From Myxococcales bacterium (lineage in GTDB: Bacteria > Myxococcota > B64-G9), in NCBI GenBank assembly GCA_012798435.1, contig JAAZNF010000085.1:695-64694 (forward strand): 64,000 nucleotides of DNA. The letters are read 5' to 3'. This document shows, piece by piece, positions 9,375-19,325 of this stretch; the stretch's first letter is position 1, and the number at the start of each line of letters is the position of its first letter. The notes beneath the pieces were generated by a model. It was not told where the DNA came from. It ran no database searches and saw only the letters and a list, made by a program, of their open reading frames with translations. The position numbers and the translations under genes are program-made.

Positions 9375-10585
9375 AGCCCCACAAGGTTTTCGGCGTTCAC
9401 CTGATGGTGCTGGCGGCGGCCACCGTGGCGACCTGGTGGGCCTTCCAGCGGCCCCAGCGCCCTCCCACGGGGGGTCAGCTGGTGCTGGACATCAGCCGTG
9501 CCCAGCTCTCCAAGATCGCCTTCGAGGCGCCTGACCACGGCAGCGAGGCCACCGCCCGGCCCGGCGGCGGTTTCGACCTCGTCGTCAGCGAACAGAAGAA
9601 ACGGCCGGCCCCGCCGCCCACTCCTTCCGTTGACGGAGGGCCGGTGGACGGGGGGATGCCCGACGGCGCGGCGGCGGACGGCGGCCTGGCCGGGACGAGC
9701 CCGGACGCGGGGACGGCGGCGCCGGATGGCGGCCCCGCCGCGGTTGGAGCGGCCGAGCCGGCGAAAGCGGAAACGGTGGTGAACCGCTACCGCGCGAGCG
9801 AGGATTACGAGCGGGCGCTGGAGCGCTTGTTCCCGCTGCGGGCGGAGCGCGACCTGGGCACGCCCGAGCACGACAAGATCGTCTCCTTCGGCCTGGACCG
9901 GCCCGAGCGGCGCCTGCGCTTCTCCACCGCGCGCGCAAATTATGTCCTGGAACTCGGAAGCGACAGCTTCGGCGGCGCCTCCACCTACGTGCGGCTCTCG
10001 CCGGGCGGACGAGTGTTGCTGGTCTCCTCGGCCAACCTGCGCGCCCTGGACGTCCAGGGCACCCGCTACCTGGAACGCCGGCTCACTCCACTCAAGGAGC
10101 GGGACGTGGATCGGTTGGTGGTGACACGGGGCAGCCTGGCGCGCGAGCTGGTTCACCAGGACAAGGGCAAGCCGGACGCGGAGGCCTGGGTGCCGGGCGA
10201 TCGGCCCGACCTGCGCGACGAGCGTTTCCGCGCCTGGGTGGGAAAGTTCTTCCGCCTGTCCGCCCTGGAGTACCTGGACGACAAGGATGTGCCTCCTTCG
10301 CAGAGCGTGGCCCGGGTGCTGCTCCAGGCGGGACCGGAGGGCCGGGATGGCCAGGAGGACATCGAGATCGCCAAAGCCGACGTCGACAACGCCGCCGGCA
10401 AACGCGACTATTTCGCCCGCTCGGCCTTCACCGGCGGATGGGTGAAACTGGAGCGTTTCGGCGCCGAGGGCGTCGTCAACGACATGGCCGGCATCGTGGG
10501 GGACGAGGGCGGGGAAGACAAGCCCGCCGAGCCACCGCCGGCCTCGCCGGGATCGCAGCCCAACCCCGACGCTGGGGCGCGGTAG
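9371..10585 (+). CDS. DUF4340-like periplasmic protein
   Basis: N-terminal TM, FGLDRP, LELG...YVR pattern; typical position after GldG. Confidence 0.7.
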   Translation: MKPHKVFGVHLMVLAAATVATWWAFQRPQRPPTGGQLVLDISRAQLSKIAFEAPDHGSEATARPGGGFDLVVSEQKKRPAPPPTPSVDGGPVDGGMPDGAAADGGLAGTSPDAGTAAPDGGPAAVGAAEPAKAETVVNRYRASEDYERALERLFPLRAERDLGTPEHDKIVSFGLDRPERRLRFSTARANYVLELGSDSFGGASTYVRLSPGGRVLLVSSANLRALDVQGTRYLERRLTPLKERDVDRLVVTRGSLARELVHQDKGKPDAEAWVPGDRPDLRDERFRAWVGKFFRLSALEYLDDKDVPPSQSVARVLLQAGPEGRDGQEDIEIAKADVDNAAGKRDYFARSAFTGGWVKLERFGAEGVVNDMAGIVGDEGGEDKPAEPPPASPGSQPNPDAGAR

Positions 10586-10617
10586 CAACGCTGCGGTCCC
10601 TGGAACAGGGACCTTCC

Positions 10618-12069
10618 ATGTCTCCCGCCTCCTCATCGGTGATCCGTTGTAGCGTGCACCCCGACGCGCGCGCCGCCTGGGAGTGTAGCGGCTGCGGCGC
10701 CCAGTTGTGCCCCCGCTGCGCCGCCGACGACATGATCCAGCGCCTGTCGGTGGTGCGCTGTTTGAACTGCGGCGCGGTGGCGCAGCCGCTCAAAGTGCGA
10801 AAGGAAATCAAGTCTTTCCTTGCCATGATCCCGGATTTCCTGCTGGCCATCTTCTCGGGGCGGGGCCTGCTGCACGTGGCCGTGCTCGGCCTGCTGTTGA
10901 CCCTGAGCGGGTTCTTGGCCGTCATTCCGCTGCTGGGGTGGCTGGCCGCACTGGCGGCCTACTTCGGGATGTACGCCACCTACTACTTCTTGGTCATCCG
11001 CGAGGCGGTGGCCGGCAACCCCCAGCCGCCGCCCGCCACCCACTTCACCGACAACGCCGTGGACGTGCTCCTGTGCGCGGTGCGGTTCCTCCTCGGGGCG
11101 GCCGTGGTGTGGGTGCCCGCCATCATCTACCTGTGGGGCCCCCGCATGGTGGCGCTGGCGGCCGACCCCATGAGCGCGCTGTCGGATCCGGTGCTGCTTC
11201 TCATCGCCGGCCTCGGCCTGCTGTACTTTCCCGCGGCCATGATCACCGCCGCCACCACCGAGTCCACCATCGCCATGTTCAACCCGCTGATGATCCTGGG
11301 CATCATCATGCGCATCCCCAGGCAGTACGTCGGCGCGGCGCTCTTGTGGGGGATCCTGTTCGTGGGCCGCTTCTTCCTGCGGGCGAAGTTGTACGCCGCC
11401 CTGATGCCGGCGTTTTCGGTCACGGGCATGATCGGAAAGATGTGGCTTACCGAGTCGGTGTGCCTGACCCTGCCGGTGCTCAGCGCCTTCATCCTGGGCT
11501 GGGTCATTTACCAGAACGGCGAGGTGCTGGGAGTGCTCACCCAGAGCGATCTGTGGACGCTGGCGCAGCCCAACGCCCGGCCCGCCGGGGTGCTGCCGCC
11601 GGGGGGCTTTCCCAAGGGCCGCGGTCGGCCGGCCCCGGCGGCGACCAGCGTGGCGGCCCCGGCGGTCGCGGTCGCGCCCCAGGCCGCCAGCGCTCCAACT
11701 CAGGAGCTGCGGCAAGCGCTGGCAGGCGCGCCGGACCAGGCCCTCGCGGTGTACCAGCGTCTCGCCCAGGCCGGGCTCTCCCCCGAGCTGGAGCCGGCCG
11801 AGGAACTCAAGCTGGCCGCCCTGCTGGATCGGGCCGGCGACGCGCGCGGCGCGGTGCTGGCCTGCCGCCGGGCCGCCAAGCGCGAACCGACGGGGCCGCT
11901 GGCGCCGCGGGCGCTGTTCACCGCCGCCCGCCTGCTGGCCGAGCGCATGAAGAAGCCCGCCGACGCCGAGGCCATGTTCCAGTACCTCGTCAAGACCTTC
12001 CCCACCCACGAGCTCGCAGACAAGGCGCGGCAGTTCCTCTCCCAGCTCGGCGCACAGCCGCCGGTCTGA
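10618..12069 (+). CDS. Membrane protein: N-terminal Zn finger (B-box-like), multi-TM core, C-terminal TPR-like
   Basis: CSVH..CSGC..CPRC..CLNC; several TMs; ALFTAARL...FPTHELA. Confidence 0.7.
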   Translation: MSPASSSVIRCSVHPDARAAWECSGCGAQLCPRCAADDMIQRLSVVRCLNCGAVAQPLKVRKEIKSFLAMIPDFLLAIFSGRGLLHVAVLGLLLTLSGFLAVIPLLGWLAALAAYFGMYATYYFLVIREAVAGNPQPPPATHFTDNAVDVLLCAVRFLLGAAVVWVPAIIYLWGPRMVALAADPMSALSDPVLLLIAGLGLLYFPAAMITAATTESTIAMFNPLMILGIIMRIPRQYVGAALLWGILFVGRFFLRAKLYAALMPAFSVTGMIGKMWLTESVCLTLPVLSAFILGWVIYQNGEVLGVLTQSDLWTLAQPNARPAGVLPPGGFPKGRGRPAPAATSVAAPAVAVAPQAASAPTQELRQALAGAPDQALAVYQRLAQAGLSPELEPAEELKLAALLDRAGDARGAVLACRRAAKREPTGPLAPRALFTAARLLAERMKKPADAEAMFQYLVKTFPTHELADKARQFLSQLGAQPPV

Positions 12070-12129
12070 GTGCGTTCGATTGGTCGTTTTCTTGATATTT
12101 TTCGCGCTTTTCGATAACCCACACTAGGA

Positions 12130-13551
12130 ATGGAGGTGGCGGTGGCCGATCTGCGGAAGCGGTTGCAGCGCCTGCCGTCCGTGGATGCGGTGCTGCGCCA
12201 ACCCGAGGTGGCCCGGCTGCTCGCCGAGCATCCGCGCGGCCAGGTGGTCGCGGCCGTGCGGCGGGTGTTGGCGGAGCGGCGCCGGCTCCTGCGAGAGCGG
12301 GGCGGGAAAGAGGATGATGCCAAGATCGCGGTGCCGGCATCCGAGGTGCGCGCCGCGCTGGCGGAGGCCATCCGGGCGCGGCTGCGACCGGTGATCAATG
12401 CCACCGGTGTGGTGCTGCACACCAACCTGGGGCGCAGCCCGCTCCCCGCCCGGGTGGTGGAACACCTCGCGCGCCTGGCGGGCGGCTTCTGCAACCTCGA
12501 GCTCGACCTCTCCGACGGCGAGCGGGGCGAGCGTCAGGCGGCGGTGCAGGATCTGCTCTGCGAGCTGTCCGGGGCCGGCGGTGCCCTGGTGGTCAACAAC
12601 AACGCCGCGGCGGTGTTCCTCATGTTGCGGGTGCTCGCCGCCAACCGGGAAGCCATCGTTTCGCGCGGTCAGCAGGTGGAGATCGGTGGCTCGTTCCGCG
12701 TCCCGGACGTGATGCGGGCCTCGGGCGCGCGCATGGTCGAGGTGGGCACCACCAACAAGACGCACCTTTATGACTACGAGCGCGCCATCGGGCCGGACAC
12801 GGCGCTCATCCTGTCGGTGCACCGCTCCAACTTCGCGCTCGTCGGCTTCACCGAGGAGCCGGCGCTGGAGGCCCTGGCCGCGCTGGCCCGCTCCCGCGGG
12901 CTCCCCTTGCTGCTCGATCTGGGAACGGCCACCTTGCTGGACCCGGTGCCGCCCGAACTCCCGGGCGCGCCGGCGCCGCAACCGGCGCTGCGTACCGGAG
13001 TGTCGCTGGTGTGTTTCTCCGGGGACAAGCTCTTGGGCGGGCCGCAATGTGGCATCTTGCTGGGGGATCCCGGGCTGGTGACCGCCCTGGCGCGCGATCC
13101 CATGGCGCGGGCGCTGCGGGTGGGCCGGCTGACGCTGGCGGCCCTGGAGGCCACCCTGCGGCTCTACCAGGATCCGGCGGCGGCCCGCCGCGAGATCCCG
13201 GTGCTGCGCATGCTGCTCGCTTCATCGGCGGAGCTCAAACGGCGGGCCCGCGCCCTGCAACGAAGGTTGCGCCGCCTGGCCGGCATCGAGAGCGAGCTGG
13301 TGCCGACCGTGGGTCAGGTCGGCGGGGGCTCGTTGCCCGAGCTCTCCCTGCCCGGCTACGGGGTGGCGCTCCGACCGGCGGGCTTTTCCGCCCAGACGCT
13401 GGCCCAATGGCTGCGGCAGGGCGAGCCGGCGGTGCTGGGAAGGCTGCACCAGGAGCGACTGGTGCTGGACGTTCGGACCCTGATCGACGACTCGGAGATC
13501 GGGGTCCTGGCGCAGGCGGTGGCCACCGCGCTGCTGCACCGATCGAGGTGA
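12130..13551 (+). CDS. selA: L-seryl-tRNA(Sec) selenium transferase
   Basis: INATGVVLHTNLGR, VNNNAAA, EIGGSFR, EVGTTN, FSGDKLLGGPQ. Confidence 0.97.
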   Translation: MEVAVADLRKRLQRLPSVDAVLRQPEVARLLAEHPRGQVVAAVRRVLAERRRLLRERGGKEDDAKIAVPASEVRAALAEAIRARLRPVINATGVVLHTNLGRSPLPARVVEHLARLAGGFCNLELDLSDGERGERQAAVQDLLCELSGAGGALVVNNNAAAVFLMLRVLAANREAIVSRGQQVEIGGSFRVPDVMRASGARMVEVGTTNKTHLYDYERAIGPDTALILSVHRSNFALVGFTEEPALEALAALARSRGLPLLLDLGTATLLDPVPPELPGAPAPQPALRTGVSLVCFSGDKLLGGPQCGILLGDPGLVTALARDPMARALRVGRLTLAALEATLRLYQDPAAARREIPVLRMLLASSAELKRRARALQRRLRRLAGIESELVPTVGQVGGGSLPELSLPGYGVALRPAGFSAQTLAQWLRQGEPAVLGRLHQERLVLDVRTLIDDSEIGVLAQAVATALLHRSR

Positions 13552-13555
13552 GGGC

Positions 13556-14545
13556 GTGAGCGATCAGCAGATGCCTCTCCAGTTCTCCCGCACCAGCCAG
13601 GGCGCCCGCGAGGCGCGGGTGCTGGCGGTGGGCGGCGGAAAGGGGGGCATCGGCAAGACCCTGCTGACCGCCAACCTGGGCATCTGCTTCGCGCGCAGCG
13701 GCATGAAGGTGGTCTTGGTGGACGCCGATCTGGGAGGCTCCAACCTGCACACCTGCCTGGGCATCGAGTTCCCGGGGGTGTCGCTGGGCGACTTCGTGCA
13801 GCGTCGGGTGGAGCGCATGCAGGACGTGATCGTGGACACCGGGGTGGACGGGTTGAGCCTCATCTCCGGGGCGCAGGACTTTCTGGGATCAGCGAACATC
13901 AAGTACACCCAGAAGATGCGCCTGCTGCGCCAGGTGTGCCGGCTGGACACCGATCTGGTGCTCATGGACCTCGGCTCGGGGACCTCCTTCAACGTGCTGG
14001 ATTTCTTCCTGGTGTCGGACCTGGGCCTGGTCATGATGGTGCCCGAGCCCACCTCGCTGGAGAACAGCTACCGTTTCATCAAGAGCGCCTTCTACCGCCT
14101 GCTGCGCCACCGGGAGAAGAACCAGGCCCTGCGGCGGGTGATCGAGGAGGCGATGGAGATCCGCAACCCGCGGGAGATCCGCACCCCCTACGACCTCATC
14201 CGCGTGGTGTCGCAGCTGGACCCGACCCGCGGGGCACAGTATCTACAGTGGCTGCAGGAGTTCCGGCCGCTGCTGGTCATCAACCAGGTGCGCAACGATG
14301 AGGATCGGGATCTGGGCCAGGCGGTGCGGCTGGCCTGCCGCAAGTACTTCGGGATCGATCTCGACTACCTGGGTCACATCGCGTACGATGACGCGGTGTG
14401 GAAGGCGGTGCGCCGCCGCGCGCCGTTGCTGGAGGCGTCGGACGTGGAGTCGGAGCTGGGGCGCAGCCTGTGGACACTGGCCCGGGAGGTCGGCCGACGC
14501 CTGGCCGCCGCCCCCGGCCGGCGTCGCTGGGAAGTCGCGGAATGA
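13556..14545 (+). CDS. MinD/FlhG-like P-loop ATPase
   Basis: GGKGGIGKT deviant Walker A, VDADLG, PEPTS. Confidence 0.88.
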   Translation: MSDQQMPLQFSRTSQGAREARVLAVGGGKGGIGKTLLTANLGICFARSGMKVVLVDADLGGSNLHTCLGIEFPGVSLGDFVQRRVERMQDVIVDTGVDGLSLISGAQDFLGSANIKYTQKMRLLRQVCRLDTDLVLMDLGSGTSFNVLDFFLVSDLGLVMMVPEPTSLENSYRFIKSAFYRLLRHREKNQALRRVIEEAMEIRNPREIRTPYDLIRVVSQLDPTRGAQYLQWLQEFRPLLVINQVRNDEDRDLGQAVRLACRKYFGIDLDYLGHIAYDDAVWKAVRRRAPLLEASDVESELGRSLWTLAREVGRRLAAAPGRRRWEVAE

Positions 14546-15333
14546 AGGACTTTCGCGAGCAAGACTTCTACGAGCTTCTGGAGCTCCACCCGCGGGCTAC
14601 CGCCGAAGAGGTGGAGGAGCGCTACCAGACCGCGCGCCGTTTCCTGAGCCCGGACTCGGTGGCCACCTATGCCCTGTTCCAGGGCGAGGAGCTGGAGCTG
14701 ATCCGGCGGCGCATCGAGGAGGCCTACCGAGTGCTCAGCCAGCCGGAGCGGCGCCAGGCCTACGATCAGGACCTGGATCGAGTCCGCGGGGGCTTTCCGC
14801 CACCCGAGGACAAGCGGCCGCAGGACGCGCCCGCGCCCGCCATCTCGGAGCCCGCGGTGTCCAGTGCGGCCCCGGCCAGCGGCCCCGCCGTGGTCGACGC
14901 GGCCTTGTCTGGATGCGCGTCTGAACCACAGGGGGGTACCGGCGTTGGTAGCGCCCCGCCACCGGCCCCGACCCCTCCGGCGCCCTCCCTGGCGCCGGCC
15001 GAGGAGGCCCCGTCTCCGCCCGCCGCGGCCTCCCCGAAGCCTTCGAGCGAATCGTCGCTCCCACCCCCTCCCGACATCGGCGAGGACACCGTGTTCTCCG
15101 GCGAGATCTTGCGGCGGCTGCGGGAATCACGCGGCCTCTCGCTCGACAAGGTGAGCGAGCTCACCAAGATCAACATCTTCTACCTGCGGGCCATCGAGAA
15201 CGACACCTTCGCCAACTTCCCCGCCGAGGTGTACGTGCGCGGGTATTTGCGGCTCCTGGCCGGCGTGTACCGCCTGCCGGCCGAGCGCTTGATCGGCAGC
15301 TACCTCTCCCGCGTCCCCCGCGCCAAGGACTGA
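14542..15333 (+). CDS. J-like domain + Pro-rich linker + RodZ-type HTH protein
   Basis: DFYELLEL..SPD..AYRVLS..RRQAYD; LRRLRESRGLSL..TKI..YL.AIE..VYVRGYL. Confidence 0.8.
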   Translation: MKDFREQDFYELLELHPRATAEEVEERYQTARRFLSPDSVATYALFQGEELELIRRRIEEAYRVLSQPERRQAYDQDLDRVRGGFPPPEDKRPQDAPAPAISEPAVSSAAPASGPAVVDAALSGCASEPQGGTGVGSAPPPAPTPPAPSLAPAEEAPSPPAAASPKPSSESSLPPPPDIGEDTVFSGEILRRLRESRGLSLDKVSELTKINIFYLRAIENDTFANFPAEVYVRGYLRLLAGVYRLPAERLIGSYLSRVPRAKD

Positions 15334-15497
15334 ATCAGCCGCGGCCGCATGGATTGGCAACGCAGTCAGTTCGGTCCGTCCCCAGGGGGTGCGGCAGATC
15401 TTGGGGTGTCTGGGATTTTTCGACACCCTGCAACTCCCCGTCACCAGCGTGGTCGCCGTGTTTTCCTCGGAGCGTCGCGCCAAGGAGTGGTGGTGGC

Positions 15498-17168
15498 CTA
15501 CGGTACGCACAAGGCTGCGGTGAGCTCGCCGAGCTGCGGTAGCTGCTCCAGCCGATCGACCAGGTCCAGGGCGCGCTCCACGCCGTGGGCCTTGAGGAAG
15601 GGCTCGGCCTGCTCGCGGAACTTCCGGCGCACTTGGCCGGCGGTTTCGGCCTCGTCCCGGCCGGCCGCGCCCGCCGGGACATCGACCTGCGCGGTCAGCC
15701 GCAACCCACCGCGCAGGCGCAGTTCGAGCCGCGCGGCCAGGGGCAGCCGCAGGCGGGCCAGATCGGCGTCTTTGAGGTCGAACGGGTGGGGTGCCTCCGC
15801 TCCGAAAGCCTGTCCCAGCTCCTTGGCCAGCCAGCGCCCGGCGCCGCCGGCGATGCGCGCGCCGCGGCGCAGCAGCAACCGGATCAGCCGCTGGACCTCG
15901 CCTGGGCGCAGCGCCGGCAAACCGCCCAGGTCGCGACCCAGTCCGCGCGCCCGACTCAAGAGACCCGCCAGGTCGCGAGCCGAAAACAGCGCACCGAGGG
16001 GAAGCTGCTCGAGCAGGCTCTCCAATAGCGCCGCGGTGAGCTCCCAGTCGTGCAGGACGCGGATGCGCTCCGAAAGCGGTCGCAGCTCCTGTTCGCTGCG
16101 GGAGAGCTCCGCCTCGTCGTGCAGCGCGTGTGGCGTGAGCGCCCCGTCCCGGATGGCCAACGCCAGCGACCAGGGGATCGAGAAGTTGACCCGGACCGCG
16201 GTGAGACGCTCCGGCGGCGAGCGCGTCGCCAGGCGCTCCATTCCGATCGAGAGCAGGGTGCAGAACACCCGCAGCTCCTCCACGTCCGCCGGCTGCAGCG
16301 AACGGCGGTGGCGCTCGGCGAACTGCGCGCGCAGGTCCGCCAGCGCGTCCAGCGCGGCGCTGAGGTAGGCGCAACCCGGGTGGAGCTTGAAACTGAGCGT
16401 GTCGCTCACCCAGGACTGGCCCAGCCCCGAGAACATCTGCGGCAAGAAGCGGAAGGCGAAGTGCGGGGCGAACCCGTCCGGGCGGTCGAGGACGTCGAGC
16501 GGGCCGGTGATGCCCCAGCCGGCCAGCCGCGAGGCGAACAGACCGTCCCGCGCCGGCATGGCCGCCGACAAGAGCTTGCTGTCCGGCCCCATGAAGCCGG
16601 GCCAGGTGGCGAAGGGCGGCTGGTACAACGCCAGCGCCAGCGCGTGGGCGTGCTGCTCGGCCGAGAGCTCGAGCAGGCGGGCGCCGGCGCAGGCCGCCCC
16701 CAGCGCGTGCAGGTGGGTCCACAGCTGGCCGTTCTGCGGGCCGACGAACACCGCCGCGCCCATCCGCCCGCCGATCTCGTTGGCAGCCACCTGGGCGGTG
16801 AGCAGCTCACGGCCGGAGAGCCCGAGCTCCTCCGCCATGGCGAGCGCGGCCAACACGGCCGAGTGCCCGGTGTGCCCGAGGAACAGGTAGTCGTCGAAGT
16901 CCAGCGCCATGGAGGCGGCGGCGTTGGCCACCACCGCCACGGTGGGAGAGGTGGCGTCGTGCTGCGGAAAAACGGTGGCCCGGCCATGGGAGCGGGTGGA
17001 GAGGGCCACCTCGCGGATGGCCCGCACCGCCCGCGTGGGGTGCCCGGCGTACACCGCGGCCAGCACCGAGAGGAACTGCAGTTTGGCCTTGGCCACCACC
17101 CGGGGCGGTATGTCCTCGAAGCGGAGCGCGGCGGCCCACTCGGCCAGGCGCTGGAGGGTGGTGGGCAT
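15498..17168 (-). CDS. MmgE/PrpD family protein
   Basis: LRFEDIP, ALDFDD, FK.HPGC, V..KF; ~100-aa extra segment. Confidence 0.85.
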   Translation of the reverse strand: MPTTLQRLAEWAAALRFEDIPPRVVAKAKLQFLSVLAAVYAGHPTRAVRAIREVALSTRSHGRATVFPQHDATSPTVAVVANAAASMALDFDDYLFLGHTGHSAVLAALAMAEELGLSGRELLTAQVAANEIGGRMGAAVFVGPQNGQLWTHLHALGAACAGARLLELSAEQHAHALALALYQPPFATWPGFMGPDSKLLSAAMPARDGLFASRLAGWGITGPLDVLDRPDGFAPHFAFRFLPQMFSGLGQSWVSDTLSFKLHPGCAYLSAALDALADLRAQFAERHRRSLQPADVEELRVFCTLLSIGMERLATRSPPERLTAVRVNFSIPWSLALAIRDGALTPHALHDEAELSRSEQELRPLSERIRVLHDWELTAALLESLLEQLPLGALFSARDLAGLLSRARGLGRDLGGLPALRPGEVQRLIRLLLRRGARIAGGAGRWLAKELGQAFGAEAPHPFDLKDADLARLRLPLAARLELRLRGGLRLTAQVDVPAGAAGRDEAETAGQVRRKFREQAEPFLKAHGVERALDLVDRLEQLPQLGELTAALCVP

Positions 17169-17171
17169 GGC

Positions 17172-17870
17172 TCAGACCGCGGGCGGGGGCAGGCCTTCGC
17201 CGGTCGGGGCGTTGCCCGCGGATGCCGCGCCGGCGGGCGCACAAGCGACCCCGCGGTGGCGTCGGCCGATGAGGTGACTGATCAAGAGGCACAGCAGCAG
17301 GAAGGCCACCAGCAGCGCCAGGCTCCAGTAGCCGAGCTGCTCCATGGCATTGAGGATGCGGGCGATGCCACCGGCGAAGAAGTAGCCGACCAGTAAAAAC
17401 GGGATCCCGTGGAGCAGCACCACCGAGGTGTCTACCAGCCAGAATTTGAGGAAGGGGAAGTGCAAGAAGCCCGCCGCCATATAGGTGGGGGCGCGCGTGC
17501 CGAAGAAGAAGCGGCAGCCCACGATGGCCCACAACCCCTTGCGGTGCATCAGATCCTGGCTGCGCTGGAAGGAGCGCGAGCGGATCATGCGCTGCCCGAG
17601 GCGCGTGGTGCGCAACAGCCCGAGCACGCCGCGCCCCATCCAGTACTGGGTGTCGTTGGTGGCGATGACGCCGCCCAGGATGGCCAACGCGGTGGGGAGC
17701 GGCTCGAGCAAGCCGTGGGCCACGCAGGCGCCCCCGAGGAGGGTGAAGGCTTCCTCCGGCAAGGCCAGCGGGAAGATGGCCGAGAACCACACCACCAAGA
17801 ACAGGCCCAGGTGCGGATTCCCGGCGAAGGGGGTGAGGTATTGCTCGAAGAAGGTCTGGATGACGTCCAC
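17172..17870 (-). CDS. DedA family membrane protein
   Basis: LPEE..LLGG, D...YWMGR, RFFFGTR, AG motifs; start uncertain. Confidence 0.85.
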   Translation of the reverse strand: MDVIQTFFEQYLTPFAGNPHLGLFLVVWFSAIFPLALPEEAFTLLGGACVAHGLLEPLPTALAILGGVIATNDTQYWMGRGVLGLLRTTRLGQRMIRSRSFQRSQDLMHRKGLWAIVGCRFFFGTRAPTYMAAGFLHFPFLKFWLVDTSVVLLHGIPFLLVGYFFAGGIARILNAMEQLGYWSLALLVAFLLLCLLISHLIGRRHRGVACAPAGAASAGNAPTGEGLPPPAV

Positions 17871-17900
17871 GCTGGTACCTCGACCCCGCGACCGGGGCAA

Positions 17901-19325
17901 TCAACCGTTTCTTCGGCCGCGAGTCAAGCGCGTTGAAAAGAGAAAGACCATCGCAGGAAGGAGGCCTCGGGGCCCGCCGGCTCCGGCGCAGCCGCAACCC
18001 GAGTCGTGGTCCACGATCTCCTCGCGGCACACTCCAGAGGTGCAGCGATGGGATGAGCCGCAGATGGTCTGATCCGGAACGGGCAGGTGGCGGCAACCCT
18101 CCCGGGGATCGCAGTCGTCCATGGTGCAGATCTCGGTGTCCTCGCAGGAGAGCTCCTGGCCCGGCTCGCACACGCCGGCGCGGCAGGTCTCCTCGCCGTT
18201 GCAGGCGTTCCCGTCGGGGCAGGGGGTTCCATCCGGCAGCGGCGAGAACACGCACCCCGCCAGCGGGTCGCACTCGTCTCGAGTGCAAAGCAATTCGTCC
18301 TGGCACACCAGCGGCGTGCCCGGCAGGCACACGTTCCCCTGGCAGATCTCCTCGCCGTTGCACACGTTGCCGTCCGAGCACGGGGCGCCGTCCATGACCG
18401 GGCGGCACACGCCCAGCGAGCCGGGGATGGCGCAGGAGTCGCAGGGCCGGTCGCAGGCGGTCTCGCAGCATGTGCCCCGGGCGCAGAACCCCGACTGGCA
18501 CTCCCAGCCCTCGCGGCAGGCCGAGCCCAGCTCTCCCGCGGCGTACTCCTCGACCCACTGCTGGAAGGCGTCGGCCTGGGTGCTGCACCCGAAGATGTGG
18601 CAACTCTGATCCCCGAAGGAGGTCACCCCGGCCACGTATTCTTTTCCATCGCGTTGGATGAGCGCCGGGCCGCCGCTGTCTCCGCTGCACGGGCCGCCCG
18701 GCTTCTGGTCCTGGCACATGTTGCGAGGTGCGGCCTGGGCGCCCGGAAACAGCGTGCAATAATCGGGCCCCGGACACAGCCAGCCCAGATCGTTGTCCAC
18801 CCGCAGCCGATCGCCGGTCTCGCCCGCCTCGTTCTCGCCGAACCCCACGAAGGTGAGCATCTTGCCCAGGTCGGCGCTGGTGAGTTGGAGGGATGCTGGC
18901 AGCACCGGGATGGGGTCGACGCCGGCCGGAGGGGGTTCGGAGAGGCGCAGCAGGGCCAGGTCGTTGACGGGAGGGCTCCAGGGATCCGGGGTGCCGGGAT
19001 CGTAGGCCGGGTGGATCTTGCCCTCGGCCACCCGGCGCTGAATGGCGCCGTCCATCTTCCAGCCGAAGTAGACGATGTAGTTCGCCGGGTCGGCGCCGTA
19101 CACGCAGTGGCCGGCGGTGAGGACCACCCGAGGTGTTACCAGAGTGCCCGAGCACAGCAGCGCCCCGTCGCTGATGGCCACCACCGCGCCGTGGGCCGGC
19201 GAACGATCGGGGATGCCGTTCATGATGGGCCGCGAGGAGCTGATGAACAGGGGCGCGTCATTCTGGGTGCAGGCGGAGGCCAGCAGCCACAACCATGCCA
19301 ACCAGGCGAAAGAAGGACTCGACAT
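17901..19325 (-). CDS. Trypsin-like (S1) serine protease with Cys-rich repeats and MYXO-CTERM-like tail
   Basis: LTAGHC, NDLAL, GDSGGP triad; CxDGNxCNGxExC repeats; GCGC-hydrophobic-RR end. Confidence 0.88.
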   Translation of the reverse strand: MSSPSFAWLAWLWLLASACTQNDAPLFISSSRPIMNGIPDRSPAHGAVVAISDGALLCSGTLVTPRVVLTAGHCVYGADPANYIVYFGWKMDGAIQRRVAEGKIHPAYDPGTPDPWSPPVNDLALLRLSEPPPAGVDPIPVLPASLQLTSADLGKMLTFVGFGENEAGETGDRLRVDNDLGWLCPGPDYCTLFPGAQAAPRNMCQDQKPGGPCSGDSGGPALIQRDGKEYVAGVTSFGDQSCHIFGCSTQADAFQQWVEEYAAGELGSACREGWECQSGFCARGTCCETACDRPCDSCAIPGSLGVCRPVMDGAPCSDGNVCNGEEICQGNVCLPGTPLVCQDELLCTRDECDPLAGCVFSPLPDGTPCPDGNACNGEETCRAGVCEPGQELSCEDTEICTMDDCDPREGCRHLPVPDQTICGSSHRCTSGVCREEIVDHDSGCGCAGAGGPRGLLPAMVFLFSTRLTRGRRNG

